This document shows positions 10,867 to 20,167 of a DNA stretch of 64,000 bases, piece after piece. The DNA is from an uncultured Rivularia sp. GTDB taxonomy: Bacteria; Cyanobacteriota; Cyanobacteriia; Cyanobacteriales; Nostocaceae. Positions within the stretch are counted from its first letter, which is position 1. Every line of letters starts with the position of its first letter. The stretch is from positions 4,640,001 through 4,704,000 of the forward strand of contig OY762007.1 in assembly GCA_963665115.1 (NCBI GenBank), in the 5' to 3' direction. Under the pieces are notes generated by a model that was given only the letters and a program-made list of their open reading frames with translations, was not told where the DNA came from and did not search any database. The translations under genes were made by a program, and so were the position numbers.

Positions 10867-11868
10867 ATGACATATACAAATACAAATAATGTCGATTATA
10901 AAAGAGCCGCTGGTTTATTTTACAGCCGCGACGAAGCAGAAGCAGCCGTTCGTGGATTGAAAGATGCAGGTTTTAACCAAGATAGAATCTCCGTGATAGC
11001 GCGTGATGCCGACAAAGTAGAAGGCGTTCAATCAACACAAGATGTTGGTAATAAAGCTGATGAAGGTGCTACTGCTGGAGCTTTAACTGGTGGAGCATTG
11101 GGCGGAATTACTGGTTTGCTCGTAGGCTTAGGAGCATTGGCAATTCCCGGTATTGGGCCAATCATATTTGCTGGTGTTGAAGGAACTGCGATCGCAACTA
11201 CTTTAGCTGGTGGTGCAATCGGTGCGGCAACTGGTGGATTGGTAGGTGCTTTGGTTGGATTGGGAATTCCTGAAGAAAAAGCAAAAATCTACAATGACAG
11301 AGTTTCTGGCGGTAGCTTCTTAGTAATGGTAACTGGTACCGAAGCTGAAGTAGAACGTGTCGAAACAATCATGCAGCGTTGCGGTGTTGAAGAATTTGGT
11401 ATTTACGACGCACCAAATGCACCAGCACCGGCTCCACAACCAGTAGCAACACCTCCCAATCCTCGTGCAGAAGTTGCAGATAGTAACAACGTCAAGCTTT
11501 ACGAAGAACGTTTGGTAGCAGATAAAGAACGTCATAAAGCTGGTGAAGTTGCTATTGGCAAGCACGTAGAAACAGAAACAGCTAAAGTAGCCGTTCCCGT
11601 TGAGAAAGAAAGAATAGTAATTGAGCGTACCACTCCTACAAATGAAAGAGCAGTAGCTCCAGGAACTGCTGATTTCTCTGGTGGAGAAGTTGCTAATGTG
11701 GATATTTACGAAGAAACTGCTGAAATTGGTAAGGAAGCATTCGTTCGTGAAGAAGTAAAAGTTCGTAAAGAAGTTGAACACGAAACTGTAGAAGCGCAAG
11801 AAACACTTCGCCGCGAAGAATTAGATGTCGATGTTGATGGTAAGCCAGGAATTCGTAAAGACAGATAA
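10867..11868 (+). CDS. General stress protein with glycine-zipper and C-terminal YsnF/AvaK (DUF2382) domain
   Basis: AGGAGG at 10855-10860 before ATG 10867; GALTGGALGG zipper; LYEERLVADKER...GEVAIGKHVETE. Confidence 0.85.
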   Translation: MTYTNTNNVDYKRAAGLFYSRDEAEAAVRGLKDAGFNQDRISVIARDADKVEGVQSTQDVGNKADEGATAGALTGGALGGITGLLVGLGALAIPGIGPIIFAGVEGTAIATTLAGGAIGAATGGLVGALVGLGIPEEKAKIYNDRVSGGSFLVMVTGTEAEVERVETIMQRCGVEEFGIYDAPNAPAPAPQPVATPPNPRAEVADSNNVKLYEERLVADKERHKAGEVAIGKHVETETAKVAVPVEKERIVIERTTPTNERAVAPGTADFSGGEVANVDIYEETAEIGKEAFVREEVKVRKEVEHETVEAQETLRREELDVDVDGKPGIRKDR

Positions 11869-11893
11869 AAATTAAATGGAAGAAATTAAAATT

Positions 11894-11934
11894 GCAGAGA
11901 GAGTATTAAATAATTAGCGTAAATACTCTGTCTG
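11894..11934 (+). terminator. Inverted repeat after the stress gene (terminator or stabilising hairpin)
   Basis: GCAGAGAGAGTATT ... AATACTCTGTCTGC. Confidence 0.5.
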
Positions 11935-12004
11935 CGATCTTCCATCTGTAATTAACCAATCAAATTATTAAATTTAGTTAAAAGAACATAGTGAGGAGAG
12001 AAAA

Positions 12005-12463
12005 ATGAAAAAATTAGCAACATTATTATTAGGTAGTATTTTACTTTTTAGTGCAGCTGCTTGTGATAATAACACCGCAAAGACTAGTGCTGATGCTCCC
12101 GATTCTGTTAGCGGTAGTGTAGAACAACCTGGAACAGTAGAAGAAACAAAAGAAGATGCGGCCAGCGAAATTCGTCAAGATCAGTTGAATGCCGATATCA
12201 GAGCCAGAGAACAACGTAACGATATAGCTGGCGATCAAACTGAAAGAGCAGATGCTGATTTAGCAAGTGAAGTACGTTCTAAATTAGAAGCTAATATTCC
12301 TCGTGCAAAATTAGTTATTGAAGCTGAAGAAGGTGTAGTATCAATTGGAGGTACAGTTCCCGATCAAAAGGAATACGACACAATTGAACCTTTGGCTAAA
12401 CAGATTTTAGGGGTAAAAGGTGTGAAGATGGAAGAAGTTAAGGTTGTACCACCTGCTAACTAA
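12005..12463 (+). CDS. BON-domain lipoprotein
   Basis: Lipobox AAAC; LNADIRAREQRN; D-x-D-L-A-S-E-V-R-S-K-L BON start. Confidence 0.85.
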   Translation: MKKLATLLLGSILLFSAAACDNNTAKTSADAPDSVSGSVEQPGTVEETKEDAASEIRQDQLNADIRAREQRNDIAGDQTERADADLASEVRSKLEANIPRAKLVIEAEEGVVSIGGTVPDQKEYDTIEPLAKQILGVKGVKMEEVKVVPPAN

Positions 12464-12527
12464 TTATGGTTTTACAAGACTTCTGGTAATCTGAATATTA
12501 CGGATTATCTAAAAATAAACTTTTTAA

Positions 12528-12568
12528 GGCAGAAATTATCAGTATAATAATTCTGCCCAAATTTTTTT
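12528..12568 (+). terminator. Putative intrinsic terminator
   Basis: GGCAGAAATTAT...ATAATTCTGCC followed by a T-run. Confidence 0.5.
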
Positions 12569-12593
12569 AAATTTATAATTAGGAGAAAAAATT

Positions 12594-13124
12594 TTGTTTA
12601 ATAGTTGGGACTCTTTACAACACACGCTGACAATCGGAACATTGGGCTATATAGCTATAATTTTTCTGATGCGTATTTCGGGAAAGCGGACTTTATCTAA
12701 ATGGAATTCTTTTGATTTCATTGTTACTATCGCATTCGGTTCTATATTAGCAAGTTTAATGCTATCAAAAGATACTTCCTTAACACAGGGAGTATTAGCA
12801 ATTGGATTATTGGTGCTTTTCCAATTTATTATTACTTGGATTTCAGTACGTTCTGACATATTTCAGGGATGGATTAAAGCAGAACCAACCTTACTGCTTT
12901 TCCAAGGTGAATTACAGAGTAATGCTATGCGACATCAAAGAGTATGCAAAGGTGAAGTTTTAGCCGCGTTACGTACAAATGGAATGGCGGCATTAGAAGA
13001 CGCAGAAGCAGTAATTTTAGAAACAGATGGTAGCTTTAGCGTCATAAAGAAACTTAAAGAATCTTCAGCTTCTGCACTAGTTGATGTTAAAGGTTATCCC
13101 AAACAAAAAACTGCACAAATTTAA
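12594..13124 (+). CDS. DUF421/YetF membrane protein
   Basis: RISGKRTLSKWNSFDF, EPTLL, ILETDGSFSVI. Confidence 0.88.
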   Translation: MFNSWDSLQHTLTIGTLGYIAIIFLMRISGKRTLSKWNSFDFIVTIAFGSILASLMLSKDTSLTQGVLAIGLLVLFQFIITWISVRSDIFQGWIKAEPTLLLFQGELQSNAMRHQRVCKGEVLAALRTNGMAALEDAEAVILETDGSFSVIKKLKESSASALVDVKGYPKQKTAQI

Positions 13125-13201
13125 AGTATCATCATAATAATCTGTTGTAAAATAAAAATTAATCGATAATAACAAAATTTTTATTTAACTAGGAAGTTAG
13201 T

Positions 13202-13987
13202 TTGCAACCAAATTTATTTTCGATTTCAAACAAGCTTTGCTTAGACTGGCTTGCTTTTTTCGGTATTATTATTAGTAGATATTTTGTCATCTGTGGGGGA
13301 GCGCATTTATTTTTTTATTCCATTTTTGCCAACTTTTTTGACAAACCTATTTTAAGTCGTAAGCCTCCGTCGTGGAAAACAATAAAAAAAGATATGGAAT
13401 TATCGCTTTGTAGCGCGGTAATTTTTGCATTTGGTGCGGCGTTGGTTATAACAGCATACGACTTAGGATTTACACGTTTATATATTTCCGTAGATAAATA
13501 TGGATTCTGGTATTTAGGGTTTAGTTTTGTTGTATTACTTATCCTTCAGGATGCATATTTTTACTTTATGCATCGATTATTTCACCATCCCTTACTGTTT
13601 AAAAAATTACATTACGGGCATCATCGCTCTGGAGATCCCACACCTTGGACATCGTTTGCATTTGACTCTAGCGAAGCAATTATACAAGCTCTTTTCTTTA
13701 TCTGTATAGTTTTTGTGTTACCACTTCATTACATCCCCTTGCTTACAGCTTTAATGGTGATGACAATATGGGCAGTCTTTAATCACATTGGATTCGAGTT
13801 ATTTCCATCGTCTTTTTATTCAAACTGGTTGGGAAAATGGTTTATTGGCTCAAAACACCATTTAATACACCATCGTAAATACAGGCTACATTACGGTTTG
13901 TATTTTACATTTTGGGATAAACTTTTAGGTACTCAGGATGCCAATTATGAAAAAGAAAAATTAGTTTCAATTCAAAAGCAAATCTAA
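13202..13987 (+). CDS. Sterol desaturase / fatty acid hydroxylase family protein
   Basis: His boxes HRLFH, HYGHH, NH, HHLIHH and YGLYFTFWDKL. Confidence 0.9.
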   Translation: MQPNLFSISNKLCLDWLAFFGIIISRYFVICGGAHLFFYSIFANFFDKPILSRKPPSWKTIKKDMELSLCSAVIFAFGAALVITAYDLGFTRLYISVDKYGFWYLGFSFVVLLILQDAYFYFMHRLFHHPLLFKKLHYGHHRSGDPTPWTSFAFDSSEAIIQALFFICIVFVLPLHYIPLLTALMVMTIWAVFNHIGFELFPSSFYSNWLGKWFIGSKHHLIHHRKYRLHYGLYFTFWDKLLGTQDANYEKEKLVSIQKQI

Positions 13988-14415
13988 CGTAATTTTTCCC
14001 GTACCTCCATTAATATTTGTCCTAACATATTCATTCCGCTACCATCTTTACCACAACCCCAGTAATAATCTCCGGGAGCATTTTCGATTATTTCTTCATC
14101 ATTAGTTGAAAGCAGAATTTCGCGAATTTCGGCGTGAGTTTCAAACTTTTTTAAAACAGCCTTTCGCATTACATCATCTTTAACTTCCTCCCAATCAGCA
14201 CGTAAAGGGCGTTTTCGATCTCTTCCCATCGTGGCAGCTTGTTTGGCAGTTTTAGCTTGCTGAATTTCTTCTAAATGATGAGTTTTGATAAACTTTTGGG
14301 CTTGAAAATAATGTTCTGTAGTTTTCCACCAAAAGCCCTCTAATTCAACACCGTGGGGGGAGAAATTCGAGAAGCAACCGTATTTGTCGTTGGTGGTGTA
14401 GAAGTAAATTGTCAT
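13984..14415 (-). CDS. NADAR/YbiA-family N-glycosidase
   Basis: FSNF, TEHYFQAQKF, WEEVK, D-x-YWG, G-x-NMLGQILM. Confidence 0.92.
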   Translation of the reverse strand: MTIYFYTTNDKYGCFSNFSPHGVELEGFWWKTTEHYFQAQKFIKTHHLEEIQQAKTAKQAATMGRDRKRPLRADWEEVKDDVMRKAVLKKFETHAEIREILLSTNDEEIIENAPGDYYWGCGKDGSGMNMLGQILMEVREKLR

Positions 14416-14450
14416 ATTGATTTTGGATTTTGGATTTTATATTTTATATT

Positions 14451-14823
14451 TAGCGAGCAATATGGTAATTAGTTAGTGAGCAATATGGTAATTGATTAGC
14501 GAGCAAGATAGTGGTTAATTAGCGAGCAAGATGCTCGCACTACAGGGTAAACAAATGGTAATTAGTTAGCGAGCAATATGGTAATTAATTAGCGAGCAAG
14601 ATAGTGGTTAATTAGCGAGCAATATGGTAATTGATTAGCGAGCAATATGGTAATTGATTAGCGAGCAAGATAGTGGTTAATTAGCGAGCAAGATGCTCGC
14701 ACTACAGGGTAAACGAATGGTAATTAGTTAGTGAGCAATATGGTAACTAGTTAATGAGCAAGATGGTAATTAATTAGCGAGCAAGATGCTTGTCCTCGCG
14801 GACACGCTGCGCTAACGTACTAC
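14451..14823 (-). repeat. REP-derived tandem array on the 3' side of the RAYT (22-23-bp TAGCGAGCAA[G/T]AT units plus full REPs at 14522, 14684, 14777)
   Basis: Visible repeats; full REP is GTAGT-GCGAGCA-TCT-TGCTCGC on the minus strand. Confidence 0.9.
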
Positions 14824-14827
14824 GGGG

Positions 14828-15277
14828 CTAATGTATTTTCCATAGGAAAGGATATTCTTCTGGTGTAGCTGATAAACCGGCTTTTACTGGATTTTGTCTA
14901 ATATATTCCCATTGATTACAAAACTCTTTTTCGGTTTGAATCATTTCGTCAAATCTGCCATCCTGCCAAACTTTTCCTATATGCAACATCACTTTAGTAA
15001 TTTGCTTGGAACTATAACTTTTAATGCTGTGTAAAATACTTCCTATTGACCAGTATTCATTTTCTGATTTAATAAAAGGTTGAATAATAAAATGTACATG
15101 ATCTGGCATTATGACAACAATAAAAAGGTTATACCTTTTTTGATGAAAAAATTTACAAGCATTTAATACAACTTGTCGGGCTTCTGAATTTAACTCCAAT
15201 CTTTCATAAGTTACAAAAGTAATAAAATATTTGCCTTCTGGTTTCTCTAACTTTGGTATTTGTTTTTTAAAGCTCAT
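14828..15277 (-). mobile_element. REP-associated tyrosine (HUH/Y1) transposase, RAYT
   Basis: YFIT, MPDHVH (HUH), WQ...FD...I, YIRQNPVKAGL; flanked on both sides by GTAG-footed palindromes in inverted orientation. Confidence 0.85.
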
Positions 15278-15338
15278 TATTATCTATCTCAATCATTCGT
15301 CTACATATTCTTGATTTTTTATAACATTGCCTCCAATA

Positions 15339-15900
15339 GTAGTGCGTTAGCGCAGCGTGTCCGCGAGGGACAAGCATCTTGCTCGCTAATTTACCGAATC
15401 TTGCTCGCTAATTTACCGAATCTTGCTCGTTAATTTATCGAATCTAAAATAAATCAAACCGTAGTGCGTTAGCGCAGCGTGTCCGCGAGGACAAGCATCT
15501 TGCTCGCTAGTAAATTAAATCTTGTTTGCTAATTTATCTAATTTACCGAATCTAAAATAAATCAAACCGTAGTGCGTTAGCGCAGCGTGTCCGCGAGGAC
15601 AAGCATCTTGCTCGCTAATTTACCCAATCTTGCTCGCTAATTTACCGAATATTGCTCGTTAATTTACCGAATATTGCTCGTTAATTTACCGAATCTTGCT
15701 CGCTAATTTACCGAATCTTGCTCGCTAATTTACCGAATCTTGCTCGCTAATTTACCGAATCTTGCTCGCTAATTTACCGAATATTGCTCGTTAATTTATC
15801 GAATCTAAAATAAATCAAGCCGTAGTGCGTTAGCGCAGCGTGTCCGCGAGGACAAGCATCTTGCTCGCTAATTTACCCAATCTTGCTCGCTAGTAAATTA
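15339..15900 (+). repeat. REP-derived tandem array on the 5' side of the RAYT (22-bp AATCTTGCTCGCTAATTTACCG units; interrupted REPs at 15339, 15461, 15569, 15822)
   Basis: Visible repeats with higher-order duplication including AATCTAAAATAAATCAAACC. Confidence 0.92.
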
Positions 15901-15922
15901 CATCTTGCAAAAAAGCAATCCT

Positions 15923-18328
15923 TCAAACCCCCAAAAACTGCTTCAAAATAGGCAATACCAAAACAGCATTCGCTTCATCAATATGATTGGCATCATTTGA
16001 CACATTTCCATCCACACCATTCTTCACTCTCTCACCCATTTGTCGCCGCTCTGGCTCAGAAAAAGTTGCAAATGTACGCCGTAATAAAGGTAACGAAGCA
16101 ACAAAAAAATCTTCACTTAAGGTACTTACCCAGTTATCTAAAACTTGCCAAAGCTTATCGTCATGTAAAAGTAATAAACCGCTACCTTTTAAAAATCCTT
16201 CCACCCATGCACCTGCTTGAGATGGCTCCGTAGCTGTAGATAAAGCCAACCCCATCCGACGTGCTGCTTCTGCTGCATCCAACACCTCAGCATCCAATAA
16301 TAAACGACAGCAACGCCCGGAAATTAAACCATGTACGTTGGAATTATCTGCAATTTGCGATAAAACTAGTCGCCAAGAGGTAATATATTCTTCGTTTTGT
16401 AATAAAGCAATGGCATTATTTACCTTGACTACATTCTCATACATCGCCGATGCTGCATCGTCATCCAAAGAAGCGCAGGCACCCGGCAAACTAATACAGA
16501 TTCGCGCTACCAAACCATCAACAACATGAGATATCATCTGTGTATCTGTTTGACGCACGTTACCGTAACGCATCACATTAGCGAGCGGTGGTAATGCATT
16601 CATTAAATGACTGACATCGCTAGTTAAAGCCGCAGCATTTTGCAATCGCGACATCAAATAAATTACTGCATCAGGTAAGTCAGACAAAATAACTTTATCC
16701 AGCAAACCTGTCAGCATTGGTAACTCATCAGTTGTATCCGCAGCACTACAAGCTTTCACATTAGCAGCATCACCAATAGTATTACCCCAAACTCCGGCTT
16801 CAATTAAATTGACGGCAAATTCGGGATGCCATTGCACCAGCCAAAATTCGTGAAAAGTACCCTTCTTACCGCGAGTTTGTTGAAATTGTCCCCAAGGAAT
16901 ATCTAAAAGATTAAGACGATGCAGCAAGTGAGAGCGAGCTAAATCGTTTTCTTTTCGCAAATCCAAATCGTACATCTTTTCTGTAACATCCGCAGGCATC
17001 CGCAAGCGCTTTTGCTGTCGCTGTAAATCTTGCTGCAACGGCACCATCGGCGTTTCGTCGGGAACTTTGCCCAAACTTTCACCAACAATCAATTTATCGA
17101 AAATTAGCTGCATCGGTAAATCGCTACCAAAACACATCACCGTTTGAGTAGCTTCATTTAACTCCGGTAAACCTGGCAAAGAACGATTTCGCAAAGCCGC
17201 CAAAGATTCCGCCAACCGCACTGCTTCAATAACGTGTGCTGAAGAAGCATCTAAATCTTGCTCTCGAAGTAAACGTGCTACTCGTGTCATCCAGGTGATA
17301 GAGATGGGGGGAGGGGGAGAGGGGGTGGAGGAGCCACTTGCGTGCGGGGGTTCCCCCCGTTGAGCAAAGTGGCATGGGGTGGAGGGGGTAGAAATTTCTT
17401 GTTTGTCTTCTCCCCTTGTCTCCCCAATCCCCAATGCCCAATTCCCCATGCCCGAATTCCAAAGATGATGATACCAACCTGGTGATTCTATACCCGCGCC
17501 ATAACCGCTGCTGTATGACAAACGTCCGTAAGTCCAAGGTATCCAGGTTGCCTGTACTTTTATTTTAGGTAAACCTTTGAGTAATGCAGTATCTTCTTTT
17601 GCTGGTGGCATCTGGGAAAGTGCGGGAGCGTGCCAAGCTCCACAGACAACGGCGATGCGTTGAAATCCTTCTTTTTGTGCTGCGCGGATGGTTTTCCGCA
17701 TATGTGCTTCGCGTTTGGCTTCGATGGGATTTTCCGGTGCTGGCATTTCTTCACGCACGGCAGTCATTGCTTCGAGGATAGCGGTAAATAAATCAACACT
17801 ATCTCCCCGTGTTTCTACCATATGTTCCCACCAACGTTCGCCGTCGCTGTAACCTGCTGCTTCGGCAAGTAAGCCTAGAGGATCTTGTGGGGTAGAGGGG
17901 GTAGAGGGGGTAGAGGGGGTGGAATTTTCTAGTTGTACTGTCTCCTTGTCTCCTTGTCCCCCCATCTCTTCATCTCGTTCTTCGGCGTTAAGCGAAGCTC
18001 TACCGAAGGTAATCGCCATCCGATGAGTCAGGGGTAAATCCATGAACCGCACGGGGATATTATTACTTAGTCCATATTGTATTGCTTGCCACTCTGGTGA
18101 GAAGATGGCGAAGGGATAATAAACGCTTTCTTTGGGGTTGTCTGGGAGGTAAATTAGTAGTGCTACGGGGGGCTGCATTTGCGATGAAGCGACTAGTGGT
18201 AGCAAGGATTCGGCATCGGGTGGCCCTTCGATTAAGATGGTGTCGGGTTGTAGTTTTTCTAATGCTCGGCGTAGGCTGCGTGCTGAACCGGGGCCGTGAT
18301 GTCGGATACCAAAGATGTGGGTTGTCAT
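15923..18328 (-). CDS. DUF5682 / YehM-like protein
   Basis: FGIRHHGPGSA, IEGPPDA, FSPEWQA, REAHM, VCGAWH, GYGAG; carries in-frame repeat insertions. Confidence 0.85.
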   Translation of the reverse strand: MTTHIFGIRHHGPGSARSLRRALEKLQPDTILIEGPPDAESLLPLVASSQMQPPVALLIYLPDNPKESVYYPFAIFSPEWQAIQYGLSNNIPVRFMDLPLTHRMAITFGRASLNAEERDEEMGGQGDKETVQLENSTPSTPSTPSTPQDPLGLLAEAAGYSDGERWWEHMVETRGDSVDLFTAILEAMTAVREEMPAPENPIEAKREAHMRKTIRAAQKEGFQRIAVVCGAWHAPALSQMPPAKEDTALLKGLPKIKVQATWIPWTYGRLSYSSGYGAGIESPGWYHHLWNSGMGNWALGIGETRGEDKQEISTPSTPCHFAQRGEPPHASGSSTPSPPPPISITWMTRVARLLREQDLDASSAHVIEAVRLAESLAALRNRSLPGLPELNEATQTVMCFGSDLPMQLIFDKLIVGESLGKVPDETPMVPLQQDLQRQQKRLRMPADVTEKMYDLDLRKENDLARSHLLHRLNLLDIPWGQFQQTRGKKGTFHEFWLVQWHPEFAVNLIEAGVWGNTIGDAANVKACSAADTTDELPMLTGLLDKVILSDLPDAVIYLMSRLQNAAALTSDVSHLMNALPPLANVMRYGNVRQTDTQMISHVVDGLVARICISLPGACASLDDDAASAMYENVVKVNNAIALLQNEEYITSWRLVLSQIADNSNVHGLISGRCCRLLLDAEVLDAAEAARRMGLALSTATEPSQAGAWVEGFLKGSGLLLLHDDKLWQVLDNWVSTLSEDFFVASLPLLRRTFATFSEPERRQMGERVKNGVDGNVSNDANHIDEANAVLVLPILKQFLGV
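17988..18011. mobile_element. 24-bp small dispersed repeat (SDR5-like) inserted into a HIP1 site, in frame
   Basis: GCG|TTAAGCGAAGCTCTACCGAAGGTA|ATCGC; removal restores GCGATCGC. Confidence 0.85.
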
Positions 18329-18507
18329 GATTATTTAAACCGCAGAGACGCGCTCGGGCGCAGAGGAAGAAAAAGAGAGTAAGAAGTTAATTAAACTATA
18401 TTTTTATAACTTATTAGCTTTTCAAAGAGTAATGAGCGTTCGTAAAGTGATATTACAGGATTTTGATTTTTTAACCCTGAAATATCATAAATGTACAAAA
18501 ATTTGAT

Positions 18508-19923
18508 TCAAATTTCCTCAGTTACAACTCTACGAATAATTTCAGTTATATCGGCAGCCATACGTGCATCAAGCTCTGCCCATTTACCGTTAGTGGGATT
18601 TGTAACTCCTCGAAGTGTCATGGCTAATGTTCTTAATTTTCCTAATTGAGTATTAGATTTGAAACGCTCGTCAATAAACTGCACGAAAGCGGTGTAAGTA
18701 ATTTCAAATGTATTTCTACTATTACTATATCCATAACCTAACTTGGAAATAATTACTGGTGCGCCGATAGTTTTTTCTAATCCTAAAGTTTCTAAAGCTA
18801 CTTCTGCATAGCGTGCTTTATCGTAAGCCATTGCATAAATTATATCTTTAAGACTGTGCCATTGCGCTGCCGGTAAACGTGCTGATTGATTAAGATGTAA
18901 ATGCCATCCTAACATTGACATCAACCGGGTTAAATCGTAAGCGGAAAGATAATTTTTATCTATTTCCAAACCTGTAGCAGCAGCATTTAATATTTGCTTT
19001 CCGGTAATCCTATCAAATAAAGATGGTTGAGAAATAAAAGGTGTTTCACCGTATCCGCTACGAAATTCTAAATTTTGATTTCCAGTGATGCTTTTAAGCC
19101 AGTTTTCTAAACCAAAAGGTGTTTGAAATCTTTTTAACATCGCAGCCGCTGAATTTGAACTTGCTATTTTATTTCTATAACTAATGATATCTAGGACTAT
19201 ATCTAAAAAGTTATATTTTTTATCGTTAATATAGCAGCTTTCAATATCAAGGTTAGCCAATTTTGAATTTGCTTCACAAGCTGTATTCAGAATCGGAATA
19301 ATCTTTGTCGCACTCCAAAATTGATTTTTAGTTAAATAATTTTTTCCCAACCACCGGGTTTTAATTTCTCCACTATCAAATTTACCGAGACAGACACAAG
19401 CTTCTGTAATTACTGAATCTAGAAAGTTTAAACTTGTATTTTCAATAGTTGGTATTGTTCCTCGTTGGGGATAATTATTGTATGTTGAATTAATAGATTG
19501 ATTTTCGTATTTTGCAGCTAAACGGTTAGAATATTCGTTGATTTGAGCAATATAAGTCGAATTTTTAATATCTCGGTGTAAGAATGCTGCAACATCATCA
19601 CCGGAAAGTCTGGTTTTTTTTGCTATAGCAAGTAATTTATGAAAAATTGATTCTTGATTTGCTGTTTGTAAGATAAATGGTAATTGCTTTGTAATTAACA
19701 GCTTCCAAGCAAAGTTTTCATCAAAGCGAAGTATTGGTAAATCTACAGCCTGACAAAACTGTTTAATTGCACCTTCAGTCATTGGGCCATAATCACCATC
19801 TACTAATTTTCCACCAGGATATAAACCCAAGCTTTTAAGATTAATTTGGATTTCGGTAACTAATTGTTCGTCTGCTTTTACTTGTTCTTTGCTTAATAAA
19901 CCACTAATATTTTCAAGCTTCAT
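18508..19923 (-). CDS. Peptidoglycan-binding protein with putative serine beta-lactamase/PBP-like domain
   Basis: VDGDYGPMTEGAIKQF (PG_binding_1); SATK, SSN and KLG in SxxK/SxN/KTG order. Confidence 0.65.
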   Translation of the reverse strand: MKLENISGLLSKEQVKADEQLVTEIQINLKSLGLYPGGKLVDGDYGPMTEGAIKQFCQAVDLPILRFDENFAWKLLITKQLPFILQTANQESIFHKLLAIAKKTRLSGDDVAAFLHRDIKNSTYIAQINEYSNRLAAKYENQSINSTYNNYPQRGTIPTIENTSLNFLDSVITEACVCLGKFDSGEIKTRWLGKNYLTKNQFWSATKIIPILNTACEANSKLANLDIESCYINDKKYNFLDIVLDIISYRNKIASSNSAAAMLKRFQTPFGLENWLKSITGNQNLEFRSGYGETPFISQPSLFDRITGKQILNAAATGLEIDKNYLSAYDLTRLMSMLGWHLHLNQSARLPAAQWHSLKDIIYAMAYDKARYAEVALETLGLEKTIGAPVIISKLGYGYSNSRNTFEITYTAFVQFIDERFKSNTQLGKLRTLAMTLRGVTNPTNGKWAELDARMAADITEIIRRVVTEEI

Positions 19924-20167
19924 ATTCTGTTAAAATTTCTGACTATAAAATTCTACTATCACTACAAGCGTTTATGTCGTGAATACAGAAAATGAGGAAA
20001 TAATAAATTTTAACTTCTTACCAATAGGGAATAGACAACAGTCTCAAGTTGAAGTTAATTATAAAATTAAAGATATTTTCCGAAATCTTTCAAAGGATAT
20101 TTGTAGTGATAAACATAAAGAGATTTTACAAATAACCTACACATAATTATTATTTCGGAGCAAAACG

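Noticed and set aside
14451..15900. Arrays near a nuclease-like gene as a CRISPR locus
   Set aside because: Linkers are about 10 bp and nearly identical, units are REP halves, and there are no cas genes in the window
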